64,000 bases of DNA from Eubacteriales bacterium (GTDB lineage: Bacteria; Bacillota; Clostridia; Oscillospirales; CAG-272): the NCBI GenBank assembly GCA_045638685.1, contig JAZUBT010000007.1, forward strand, positions 59,057-123,056. Direction: 5' to 3'. Below, in pieces: positions 26,038 through 34,804 of the stretch. Made by a program: the position numbers and the translations under genes. Numbering within the stretch: position 1 is the first letter of the stretch; every line of letters starts with the position of its first letter. The notes under the pieces were generated by a model. That model was not told the origin of the DNA. It searched no databases and saw only the letters and a program-made list of their open reading frames with translations.

Positions 26038-29000
26038 TTAGCATTAGATCGTTACACAAGTATTTTAATAAAAACAAGCAGAATGAAATTCACGTTATAA
26101 ACGACATCAGTCTCGACCTCCCCGAGCAGGGCATGGTAGCTCTTTTCGGTAGAAGCGGCTGCGGTAAAACGACGCTTTTAAACGCTATCGGAGGACTTGA
26201 CAAGACGCAAAGCGGCTCTATACTTATCGACGGAAAGGACGCAAGAAAAAAGCCCGACGTAATACGAAACCAATACATCGGCTACATCTTCCAGAACTAC
26301 AACCTAAACAATCAGCAGTCCTGCTTTGAGAACGTTGCCAACGCTCTTTATCTCTGCGGAATTACCGACAAGGCGCTTATCGAGGAAAGAGTTATGGCGG
26401 CGCTCGCGTGCGTCGGCATGGATAAGTATAAATCCCGTACTCCCGACACACTTTCGGGCGGTCAGATGCAGCGTATCGCTATTGCAAGAGCAATAGTTAA
26501 AAACCCGAAAATAATTCTCGCTGACGAGCCTACCGGTAACCTTGACGAGGCAAACACCATTCAGGTAATGGATCTTCTTAAAAAGATTGCGGAAAACCAT
26601 CTCGTTATTCTCGTTACCCACGAGGCAAACCTCGTTGATTACTACTGCGACAAGGTTATAGAGCTTTCGGACGGCAAGATATTATCGACGAGAGACAACT
26701 ACGGCGCAAACGGCTTTGCCGCGAGAAGCAAAAACGACATATACCTCGGTGAATATGAGAAAGCCGAGACAAACGCGGGCGGCGTAAACGTAGAATATTA
26801 CGGACAGACGCCGAGCGCTCCCGTAAGGCTCCGCATTGTTAACCACGGCGGCAAAATCTATTTAAGTGTTGACAGCGAAAGCGTACAGATACTCGACAGC
26901 GGAAGCGAGGTTAAGCTCCGCGAGGGCGTTTACACCGAGGTTGCGCGCACCGAGGAAAACAAGGCGAATATTGATATGTCTAAGCTGCCCCCGATAACCG
27001 GCTCGCATTTCGGACGTCTCTTTAACTTCCGCAGCTCCTTTAAGAGCGGATACAACGCAAATTTCAAAAAGAACAAGAAAAGCACGAAAGCGCTCCGCGC
27101 TTGTATGTTCCTGTTCTCTCTCGTTCTCATATTTATGTCGGCAAGCTTCGGAACCGCATTCAAGACCATTGACGACGTGAAATTGCAGTACAACCAAAAT
27201 ATGTTCTACGTTTACACAAACTCTGCCGATATTTCGAATAAGCTTAACGAGGCGGTAGGACAGCACGGAATAGACAATATTCAGCTTTACCCCGGCGTTC
27301 CCTACGGAAACGGTAGCTTTATAGTGTCCCCCGGCAGATTTGAGAGCTTTGCAACCGACGAGGCATCTTTTAAAGCCTACGCAGACGTTCTCGATATTAA
27401 ATTCGCCGGAGCTCCGACCGTTATCGCAGGAAAAGCCGATAATCTTTCGGACAGCGAGGTTGTTATAACGAGCGTTCTTGCCGACAGACTTATTGAGGCC
27501 TCTACGGTTGGATACGTTAAAAGCTACGCCGATCTTTTAGGACTCTACGCAAAGATTAACGCTTATAACGTTAATCAGAACGGTGTAAGAATAGTCGGCG
27601 TTATACAGTCCGAGGAAAGCGCGGTTTACCGTTCCTCCGTAAAGAGCGCAAACGACGTTCTAAACAGTATGGGAATTAACATTAAAATTAACAAATACAG
27701 CACTCTTACATTAAATAGCGGCGAGACCTACCTTATACTTTCTGACGAAGGCAACACCGTCGGCTTCCCGAACAAGGACGAAACTGTTAAAATAAACGGA
27801 AAAGACTTTAAGGTAAAGGACGTTATTTCGTATTATCATAACTACGATGAATATTTGTTCTCTATAGGAAGCCCGCTTGTCAAGCTTAATAACCCGGATA
27901 AGCCGGAACAACAGTATATAGAACGTATAGGGTTTGACGAATATTTCAGAAGCCTTGTTCAAGCCGAGTTTTATCCCGAACACCCGAATATCCAAAACTA
28001 CCAGAACTGGGAATACACAAATAAATTAGATGAGTACGCTAAAAACTACGTAAAGGATAACTTCTTTTCAGAGCACCCGAACATTAATGAATACCAGTGG
28101 AGTAATAATCCCGAAGAGAAAGCTATATATATTGAATTCATCACAAAGGTAGCTGAATACAAGAAAAATGAGAATATAATACAAGCAGTAAAAGCTGACT
28201 ATCTTTCGCAGTATCCCTATGATACTAACGTTGATAACCATCAATTATATTGTGAATACCAAGCTAGGGTTGAAGAGTACATCAGTGAGCACCTTGTTGA
28301 ATATTACGAGGAGATCTACAAGCATTTAGACGGATACGTAAAGCACAACCATATAATAAGACCCGATATTAACTCTTGGATTTACATTGAAAAGGGATTT
28401 GAAGAGCTGAAATTCAACAACATCTGGGACACCGATTATTTCTATATTTTAATGTTTAAAGAGAAAAACGGCAGATATCCTACCTATCAGGAATTCTACT
28501 ACACAGACAGAAACGAGCTGGCAAACGAATTCAAGCATGACTTTAACGAGCTTCACAGTCAGTACAGTAACGAATTCTATCAGGCAAATCCCGACGCGTA
28601 TAGCTATCGAAACAGTTACCTGCTTTGCGAAGCCGACTACGTTTCTCTTTCAACCATGCTTGGAGAAACGCACGAAAGTCTTTTAAACAGTGATGGCAGT
28701 TTCGGAGGCATAATAGGTGGCGGTATCATTATCGGCGGCGGAAAATACGAAAGCTCGGACATCGCCGTAAATTCCGGATTGCCGTACTATACCGCAATTC
28801 ATTCTACCGACCATGCGGCAACCGAGGCATTTCTTAAACAATTTGAGGGAACACAGGTTGCCGATCCCGAATACCAGAAGGCGATATACACGCCCGACGG
28901 TATGTTTGAAGACTTTATGTCTGACTTTAAAGCCGACGTTGTTTCAAAAATTATAGTTCTTACCGTATTCCTTGCTATAATGAGCCTCTGTATGTACTTC

Positions 29001-29333
29001 ATTATGCGTTCCTCTCTTATGGCAAGAATCAAGGAGATTGGAATATACCGCGCTATCGGTGTTTCCAAGAAAAACCTTACCTTCCGTTTCTTCGTCGAGG
29101 CGCTCGTGCTTACCACGTTTACGGTATTTATAGGATACGTAATATCAAGCGGAATACTCTTTGGTCTTTCGGCATCGGTTTCACTTCTTGACTCTATTCT
29201 CTACTACCCCGTATGGCTTGCCGGAGTGATACTCGCGGTTCTTTACGCCGTATGTCTTATCTGCGGTCTTATCCCGATATTCAACCTCCTGCGCAAGACT
29301 CCGAGCGAAATACTTTCGAAGTACGATATATAG
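26034..29333 (+). CDS. Second MacB-type ATPase-FtsX fusion with a ~590-aa ectodomain
   Basis: [30 protein letters not shown]1 is around aa 352-378, and three FtsX-domain TMs occupy the last ~130 aa. ATGA overlap with the upstream gene. Confidence 0.85.
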   Translation: MISIRSLHKYFNKNKQNEIHVINDISLDLPEQGMVALFGRSGCGKTTLLNAIGGLDKTQSGSILIDGKDARKKPDVIRNQYIGYIFQNYNLNNQQSCFENVANALYLCGITDKALIEERVMAALACVGMDKYKSRTPDTLSGGQMQRIAIARAIVKNPKIILADEPTGNLDEANTIQVMDLLKKIAENHLVILVTHEANLVDYYCDKVIELSDGKILSTRDNYGANGFAARSKNDIYLGEYEKAETNAGGVNVEYYGQTPSAPVRLRIVNHGGKIYLSVDSESVQILDSGSEVKLREGVYTEVARTEENKANIDMSKLPPITGSHFGRLFNFRSSFKSGYNANFKKNKKSTKALRACMFLFSLVLIFMSASFGTAFKTIDDVKLQYNQNMFYVYTNSADISNKLNEAVGQHGIDNIQLYPGVPYGNGSFIVSPGRFESFATDEASFKAYADVLDIKFAGAPTVIAGKADNLSDSEVVITSVLADRLIEASTVGYVKSYADLLGLYAKINAYNVNQNGVRIVGVIQSEESAVYRSSVKSANDVLNSMGINIKINKYSTLTLNSGETYLILSDEGNTVGFPNKDETVKINGKDFKVKDVISYYHNYDEYLFSIGSPLVKLNNPDKPEQQYIERIGFDEYFRSLVQAEFYPEHPNIQNYQNWEYTNKLDEYAKNYVKDNFFSEHPNINEYQWSNNPEEKAIYIEFITKVAEYKKNENIIQAVKADYLSQYPYDTNVDNHQLYCEYQARVEEYISEHLVEYYEEIYKHLDGYVKHNHIIRPDINSWIYIEKGFEELKFNNIWDTDYFYILMFKEKNGRYPTYQEFYYTDRNELANEFKHDFNELHSQYSNEFYQANPDAYSYRNSYLLCEADYVSLSTMLGETHESLLNSDGSFGGIIGGGIIIGGGKYESSDIAVNSGLPYYTAIHSTDHAATEAFLKQFEGTQVADPEYQKAIYTPDGMFEDFMSDFKADVVSKIIVLTVFLAIMSLCMYFIMRSSLMARIKEIGIYRAIGVSKKNLTFRFFVEALVLTTFTVFIGYVISSGILFGLSASVSLLDSILYYPVWLAGVILAVLYAVCLICGLIPIFNLLRKTPSEILSKYDI

Positions 29334-29417
29334 TGTCGGGGAGCCTTAGGTGGCATATAGCCGTGATATAATGCACAGCAAAAACAAAACTGTTTCGCGA
29401 AACTAAAACCAAATCGT

Positions 29418-29470
29418 AGCGGGAGGGCAAGCATCTTTTGAAAAAAGATTCCCCTCCCCTACAAATTTAA
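29418..29470 (+). terminator. Terminator after the ABC pair
   Basis: Long hairpin GGGAGGG...CCCCTCCC with inner ATCTTTT/AAAAGAT pairing, followed by a T/A-rich tract. Confidence 0.5.
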
Positions 29471-29512
29471 AATTATAAAAACTTGCCGATAAATGGCGGA
29501 ACGGAGACAAAA

Positions 29513-30616
29513 ATGCATACAAACAATATAGCTGAATTTTTAAATTCCAAGGGGATTCCCTCGTCTGACGTAATTATCTACAAGAACCATAAGGAAATCT
29601 ACCGCTACTTCTGCGGATACAAGGACTCGGCTAAAACAAAGCCGATAACGGGAGATGAGCTTTATTATATCTGCTCGGGAACAAAGGTTATAACCAGCAC
29701 AGCGGCTCTGCGTCTTGTTGAAAGAGGTATTATAGGACTTGACGATCCGGTATCTAAATACATTCCCGAATATGCTACTCTTACCTACAAATCAGCGGAT
29801 GGAGTAAAGCCCTGCGAGAAGGTTATGACGGTGCGCCACCTCTTTGCTATGCGCGGCGGCCTTAATTACAACATCAGATCCGAGCCGATACTGGCGCTTC
29901 GCAGGGAAACAGGTAACAAGGCCGACACTCTTTCGCTTGTAAAAAGCTTTATTAAGGCTCCCCTTGAATACGAGCCGGGAGAGGGATTTCAGTACAGTCT
30001 TTGCCACGACGTTCTCGGCGCTATCGTAGAAATTGCATCAGGAAAAAAATTCGGGGAATACTTAAGAAGTGAGATTTTCGAGCCTCTCGGAATGAATGAC
30101 ACCGGCTTTTTCCCCACCGAGGAGCAGAAAAAGCGCTTTGCCGCGCAGTACCGCTACGAAAACGAAAGCTATGTTGAAACTCCCGTTGGCTGCGCATACT
30201 GTTTAAGCGAAAACTATGAAAGCGGCGGAGCGGGACTTTTCTCCTCTGTAAACGACTACATTAAATTCGCAGATGCCTTGGCGTGTAACGGAACCGCTGC
30301 TAATGGCTATCAGGTTTTAAAACCGGAAACCATAGCTCTTATGCGCGAAAATCAGCAGCGCGAGGATACTCCGCCTATTAAAGTAGGCTATAAATATGCG
30401 CTCGGCGTACGTTCAATGTATAACAAGGCCGAGGCAAACTCCGATGGGGATACCGAGCAGGAGTTCGGTTGGGACGGAGCGGCAGGCGCTTACGTTGCGA
30501 TTGACCCGAAAAACGGTCTTTCAATCTTTTACGCTGAGCACGTCTTCGGACACCGCCGGGCTTACTCCGACATACATCCCGTTTTAAGAGACAGTATGTA
30601 CTATCTTGACAAATAA
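29513..30616 (+). CDS. Serine hydrolase of the beta-lactamase/transpeptidase-like (class C/esterase) family
   Basis: SxxK motif (CSGTK), length about 367 aa, and a YSL motif consistent with the YxN-type position. Start after GGAGACAAAA. Confidence 0.7.
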   Translation: MHTNNIAEFLNSKGIPSSDVIIYKNHKEIYRYFCGYKDSAKTKPITGDELYYICSGTKVITSTAALRLVERGIIGLDDPVSKYIPEYATLTYKSADGVKPCEKVMTVRHLFAMRGGLNYNIRSEPILALRRETGNKADTLSLVKSFIKAPLEYEPGEGFQYSLCHDVLGAIVEIASGKKFGEYLRSEIFEPLGMNDTGFFPTEEQKKRFAAQYRYENESYVETPVGCAYCLSENYESGGAGLFSSVNDYIKFADALACNGTAANGYQVLKPETIALMRENQQREDTPPIKVGYKYALGVRSMYNKAEANSDGDTEQEFGWDGAAGAYVAIDPKNGLSIFYAEHVFGHRRAYSDIHPVLRDSMYYLDK

Positions 30617-30625
30617 GGACAAAAA

Positions 30626-31414
30626 GTGAAAGCTTATAATTTTTTTATTGACATTGACGACACTCTTATTCCGAAGGGATTAAGCTTTGTCCCCGAAAGA
30701 AATCTTTTCGCGATAAAAGAGGCAAAGGCTCTTGGACACAAATTTTTTGTCAACACAGGGCGTCCATTCTGCGATATACCGAAGGAATTTTTTGATACAA
30801 AATATTTTGACGGTATATGCAGCGGCGGAGATTACGTACAATATGAGGGAAAGCCGATATACTCCTGCTTTTTACCTAAGGAGAATGCTAAATCGCTTTT
30901 TAAGGCTCTTATGAGCATGGATAAAAAAATTGATTTTAATATCGGCGGACTTCGTAACAGATATTATATTGGCGAAAAACAGCCTCATTACTCAGATAAA
31001 ATTTACCGTTCGATTAACCTTATACACGAGCTTGATACGGTTTTTGACGGAGACGAACTGCAAAAATACTATCTCTGCCAAAGCGGTGAGCCGGATAGCG
31101 AGGTAAGGCGTGAAATTGAAAGGTATTTCGGCGTTATAACTCACCCGACCTATACTGAGGGCTTTCTTCACGGACACGACAAGGCGTTTTTAATGAGGAA
31201 AACCGAGCAGGCGCTTGGGCTTCCGCACGAAAACACTGTTGCCATCGGCGACTCGCTGAACGACGTTCAAATGCTCCTTTACGCGCCTACCTCATACGCC
31301 ATGGGTAACGCGCCCGACGAGGTAAAAAGAATTTGTACGCATATTGCCCCTGACTGTGATAAAAACGGGGTTGCGAGCATCCTCGCTCACTATATACACA
31401 GCCAAAACATATAG
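30626..31414 (+). CDS. Cof-type HAD-IIB phosphatase
   Basis: DIDDT (DxDxT), NTGRP and GDSLNDVQM motifs. GTG start. Confidence 0.8.
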   Translation: MKAYNFFIDIDDTLIPKGLSFVPERNLFAIKEAKALGHKFFVNTGRPFCDIPKEFFDTKYFDGICSGGDYVQYEGKPIYSCFLPKENAKSLFKALMSMDKKIDFNIGGLRNRYYIGEKQPHYSDKIYRSINLIHELDTVFDGDELQKYYLCQSGEPDSEVRREIERYFGVITHPTYTEGFLHGHDKAFLMRKTEQALGLPHENTVAIGDSLNDVQMLLYAPTSYAMGNAPDEVKRICTHIAPDCDKNGVASILAHYIHSQNI

Positions 31415-31454
31415 CATTACACTACTGTTCCCCCTTACAGAAAGGCATAACACG

Positions 31455-32243
31455 TTGAAAAAATTTAATTTCTTTATCGATATAGACGGTACGCTCATTA
31501 ACCACGGGGAAGGGAAAATTTCCGACGCTGTAATTTCAGCAATACTTAAGGCAAAGGAGAGCGGCTCGCGTTTTTTCATTAATACCGCCCGTCCGTACTG
31601 GCTTGTACCTAAAGAAATTTTCCCCGACGAGATTTTCGACGGCATCTGCTCCGGCTGCGGAACGTTTATCACCTACCGCGGAAAGGTTATCTACCAAAAC
31701 TTTCTCTCCGATGAGACGGTGAAGCAGACTGTCAAGGCGCTTGAAAAAGCCTTTCCTCCCGAATTTTCAATGCTTATCGAATGCAACGATACGAACTACT
31801 ATTATGGCGTCGAAATCCCGTGGTATCTTAACGCGGGTTTTAAAAAGCTTACGAATGCCGACCACATAGGAGCGCAGCGGAAGGCTCTTAAAGTGCAGAA
31901 GCTTTCTTTTAATATGCTCTCGGGAAATTTCAGCTACGAGATGTTTGATGATGTAAAGGATAAATTTGACGTTATGATACATCCGACGTATTCCGAAATT
32001 GTACCAAAGGGCTTTAGCAAGGGCGCAGCTCTGCAAATAACCGAGCGAGAAATAGGCATTGAACACGGTACATCCGTAGCTATCGGAGACTCTCTTAACG
32101 ATGCGGAAATGTTCAGATGCGCCGATATATCGATCGCAATGGGTAACGCCCAGGATAACGTAAAAGCACTCTGCGACTACGTAACAGATACTTGCGAAAG
32201 CGACGGTGTTGCAAGAGCGATTGAAATGCTTACGTCAAAATAA
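31455..32243 (+). CDS. Cof-type HAD-IIB phosphatase (paralog)
   Basis: DIDGT, NTARP and GDSLNDAEM motifs. Start set at in-frame TTG 31455 (KKFNFFIDIDGT), aligned with the upstream paralog. Confidence 0.75.
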   Translation: MKKFNFFIDIDGTLINHGEGKISDAVISAILKAKESGSRFFINTARPYWLVPKEIFPDEIFDGICSGCGTFITYRGKVIYQNFLSDETVKQTVKALEKAFPPEFSMLIECNDTNYYYGVEIPWYLNAGFKKLTNADHIGAQRKALKVQKLSFNMLSGNFSYEMFDDVKDKFDVMIHPTYSEIVPKGFSKGAALQITEREIGIEHGTSVAIGDSLNDAEMFRCADISIAMGNAQDNVKALCDYVTDTCESDGVARAIEMLTSK

Positions 32244-32375
32244 CATTTCAAATTAAAAATTAGATTCATTCCTTACCCTTTTCCCTCTGTTTTAATTATT
32301 TTGCTTTCTGAAAAGGCTGATAAGAAAAACGGGGAATATAAAGCAATAAAATACAAAACAAAAGGACGATAACAT

Positions 32376-33056
32376 ATGAAAGACGAGTGTCTGATCTGCG
32401 GTGCGCCGTTGAAATATTTAGAAAATGACAAGCTGATGGAGTGTGCCGTCTGCCACAAAAAAGAAAACAGCAAGACCGTATGCGATAACGGACACTATGT
32501 ATGCAATGATTGCCATACACAAGGAATGGATGCCATTATCGGATTATGTATTGCTGAAAGCTCAAAGAATCCCATAAATATTATTCAAAAAATGATGGCT
32601 CTCCCGTTCTGCCATATGCACGGCCCCGAACATCATGTAATGGTTGGTTCGGCTCTGCTCACCGCATACAAGAATGCAGGCGGTGATATAGACCTTCAAA
32701 AAGCCCTATCCGAGATGCAATCTCGTGGCAAGAAGGTTCCCGGCGGGGCTTGTGGATTTTGGGGAGCTTGCGGTGCCGGCGTTAGTGCCGGAATGTTTAT
32801 ATCTATCTTAACGGGCTCAACACCTCTTGCAAATGAGGAATGGGGCTTATCCAACAGAATGACCGCCTCCGCCCTTGGTGCAATCGGCGATGTCGGCGGC
32901 CCCCGTTGCTGTAAGCGTGATTCATATCTTTCCATAATTAAAGCCGTTGAATTTGCAAAGAAACACCTCGGTGTAGAAATGGAAATCGAAGATATTAAAT
33001 GTATCCACTCGGCACAGAATAATCAATGTATCGGCGAAAGATGTCCCTTTAAATAA
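32376..33056 (+). CDS. Cys-rich putative metal-binding protein (zinc-ribbon N-terminus; DUF5714-like by recollection)
   Basis: 226 aa with 16 Cys. CxxC...CxxC...CxxxxxxCxxC at the N-terminus, then ACGFWGACGAG and PRCC motifs. Confidence 0.5.
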   Translation: MKDECLICGAPLKYLENDKLMECAVCHKKENSKTVCDNGHYVCNDCHTQGMDAIIGLCIAESSKNPINIIQKMMALPFCHMHGPEHHVMVGSALLTAYKNAGGDIDLQKALSEMQSRGKKVPGGACGFWGACGAGVSAGMFISILTGSTPLANEEWGLSNRMTASALGAIGDVGGPRCCKRDSYLSIIKAVEFAKKHLGVEMEIEDIKCIHSAQNNQCIGERCPFK

Positions 33057-33108
33057 AAAAGAGGGTGCTGTTCTTTCTTGAAATCTCTCTTTCCCTCACT
33101 CTTTTTAA

Positions 33109-33210
33109 GACTGCATCGTGGGTTTGGCGCTACTCTCTACACGGAAAAAAAGAACAAGCCAACCTTTGGCTATCCTGTTCTTTTTTTGGTGCCGGCAGTG
33201 GGACGGTTGA
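33109..33210 (-). repeat. Copy 1 of the tRNA-Leu 3'-end + terminator unit
   Basis: 102 bp, near-identical to 33352-33453 (one mismatch noted by eye). Contains TGGTGCCGGCAGTGGGAC, the last 18 nt of tRNA-Leu. Confidence 0.85.
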
Positions 33211-33351
33211 ATAAAAGAGCGCCATTTTTCTTACACAGCTCGGCGCTCTTTCCCCTTTTCCCTTGTCAGCTTTGCCGCCAATTTGCTTTCGCAAACACGG
33301 GAAAAGTAAATGCAGTCCTCTTATCTCTTTCTTATTTCGATACACTTTTCG

Positions 33352-33453
33352 GACTGCATCGTGGGTTCGGCGCTACTCTCTACACGGAAAAAAAGAACAA
33401 GCCAACCTTTGGCTATCCTGTTCTTTTTTTGGTGCCGGCAGTGGGACGGTTGA
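33352..33453 (-). repeat. Copy 2 of the tRNA-Leu 3'-end + terminator unit
   Basis: Same 102-bp unit, 243 bp downstream of copy 1. Confidence 0.85.
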
Positions 33454-33589
33454 ACAAGGCTTGCAAGGGCAAGCCTGCAAGTTTACTTCGTAAACGTTGC
33501 CCACCGGAACGCCTTGCGTTCGTGCCTTCTGCGTTACCCTCTACACGGAAAAAAGAACAAGCCAACCTTTGGTTGGCTTGTTCTTTTTT

Positions 33590-33675
33590 TGGTGCCGGCA
33601 GTGGGACTTGAACCCACACGGTGTTGCCACCAACGGATTTTGAGTCCGTCACGTCTGCCATTCCATCATGCCGGC
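33590..33675 (-). tRNA. tRNA-Leu (anticodon CAA), CCA encoded
   Basis: The reverse complement is GCCGGCA...ACGGA-CTCAAAA-TCCGT...GTGGG-TTCAAGT-CCCAC-TGCCGGC-A-CCA, with a long variable arm. Confidence 0.95.
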
Positions 33676-33780
33676 TTGGATTTTCCTTGTATATTATATC
33701 ATAATGCTACTGAAAAATCAAGTGTTTTGAAAAAATTAATAAAACTAAGGCTGAACAATTTTATTCAGCCTTATCTTATT

Positions 33781-34611
33781 TTATTCCTTTATATCTGCGA
33801 TAGCTTTTTCTTTCTCTCCGGCCACCGTTTCCTCTGCCCCATCATTTTCCTCGGTGCTATCTGCCTTATCTTCCTTTGTCAAGCTTTTAACTCCAAAAAA
33901 CTTTACTATATTCTCAAAAAATGATATAATCTGATTTTGGAATTTGATAAGGAAAAATACTCCGATAAATGAAATCGCAACGAGAATAACAAAGAGAAGC
34001 CAGTTGCCCTGGAATATTATGTCTCCAAGCAGGGTAAGAACAAGCGTCGGTATCGCGGGGCCGATAAGCACCGCACAAAAGTAATTTCTCGCTCTAACCT
34101 TTGCGTTTACAGCCGCGTACGGAATAAATCCGTTAGGTATCGCGGGAAGTATGCACGCCATAACAACCATATATGTAGGACTTCTTCCGTCCTTTAAAAA
34201 CTTCACCGTTCTTGACGAATCCTCAAACGGCACTATTTTATCAACAGATTTCTTAATTTTTCTGTATAAAAGGAATATTGCCATGTTATACATCACGTCT
34301 CCGATATGACAGACAATAAAGCCTTTCCACGTTCCGAGAACTATTCCCGCTGCAATATGTATCGGCGCACTTGGGATAACTATTGATATGTCCTGAACAA
34401 TCTGCAGAATAAGTATAATGAGTGCTCCCCACTGATTGTCATATTTCTGTACTTCTGTTACTATTTTCTGCTGATTTCCGCTGCAAAGTGCGGACCAAAG
34501 GCTTCCGTCAATTCTTTGGAAAATAAAGAAAATCGGAATAAATGCTATACCGAGTAACGCCATAAGCAGTAATACCCTTACTGCAAACGTTTTAAAATCA
34601 ATTTTTTTCAA
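33781..34611 (-). CDS. TVP38/TMEM64 (DedA-superfamily) membrane protein
   Basis: 276 aa, multiple TM helices, a SNARE-assoc-like core and an acidic C-terminal tail. Confidence 0.55.
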   Translation of the reverse strand: MKKIDFKTFAVRVLLLMALLGIAFIPIFFIFQRIDGSLWSALCSGNQQKIVTEVQKYDNQWGALIILILQIVQDISIVIPSAPIHIAAGIVLGTWKGFIVCHIGDVMYNMAIFLLYRKIKKSVDKIVPFEDSSRTVKFLKDGRSPTYMVVMACILPAIPNGFIPYAAVNAKVRARNYFCAVLIGPAIPTLVLTLLGDIIFQGNWLLFVILVAISFIGVFFLIKFQNQIISFFENIVKFFGVKSLTKEDKADSTEENDGAEETVAGEKEKAIADIKE

Positions 34612-34804
34612 GATATTATTCCCTGTTATTATTTATATTAAATGTTTAGTTGTAAACACAAAAATTCTATATTAATATTAACATACAATTATATAAAAGT
34701 CAATAGGAAAAATTTTCTTATAAAAAAATTAACAATTACAGTAAAAAACAGGCGGAAATGCTACCTGTTTTCAGATAACGCTTCCGCCTTATTTTACTGT
34801 TTTT

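Noticed and set aside
33109-33607. Possible CRISPR array (regularly spaced direct repeats)
   Set aside because: There are only three copies. The repeat unit is 102 bp with a 243-bp period and includes a tRNA 3' end and a terminator. The spacers are unequal (141 and 84 bp). No cas genes or leader are present.
33078-33661. ORFs 33078..33611 (+, 177 aa), 33263..33493 (+), 33130..33345 (-) and 33413..33661 (-) listed in the track
   Set aside because: They are read-throughs of the tRNA-Leu gene and the triplicated tRNA-end/terminator repeats. Their internal amino-acid repeats simply mirror the DNA repeat. They have no SD and no coding-like composition.
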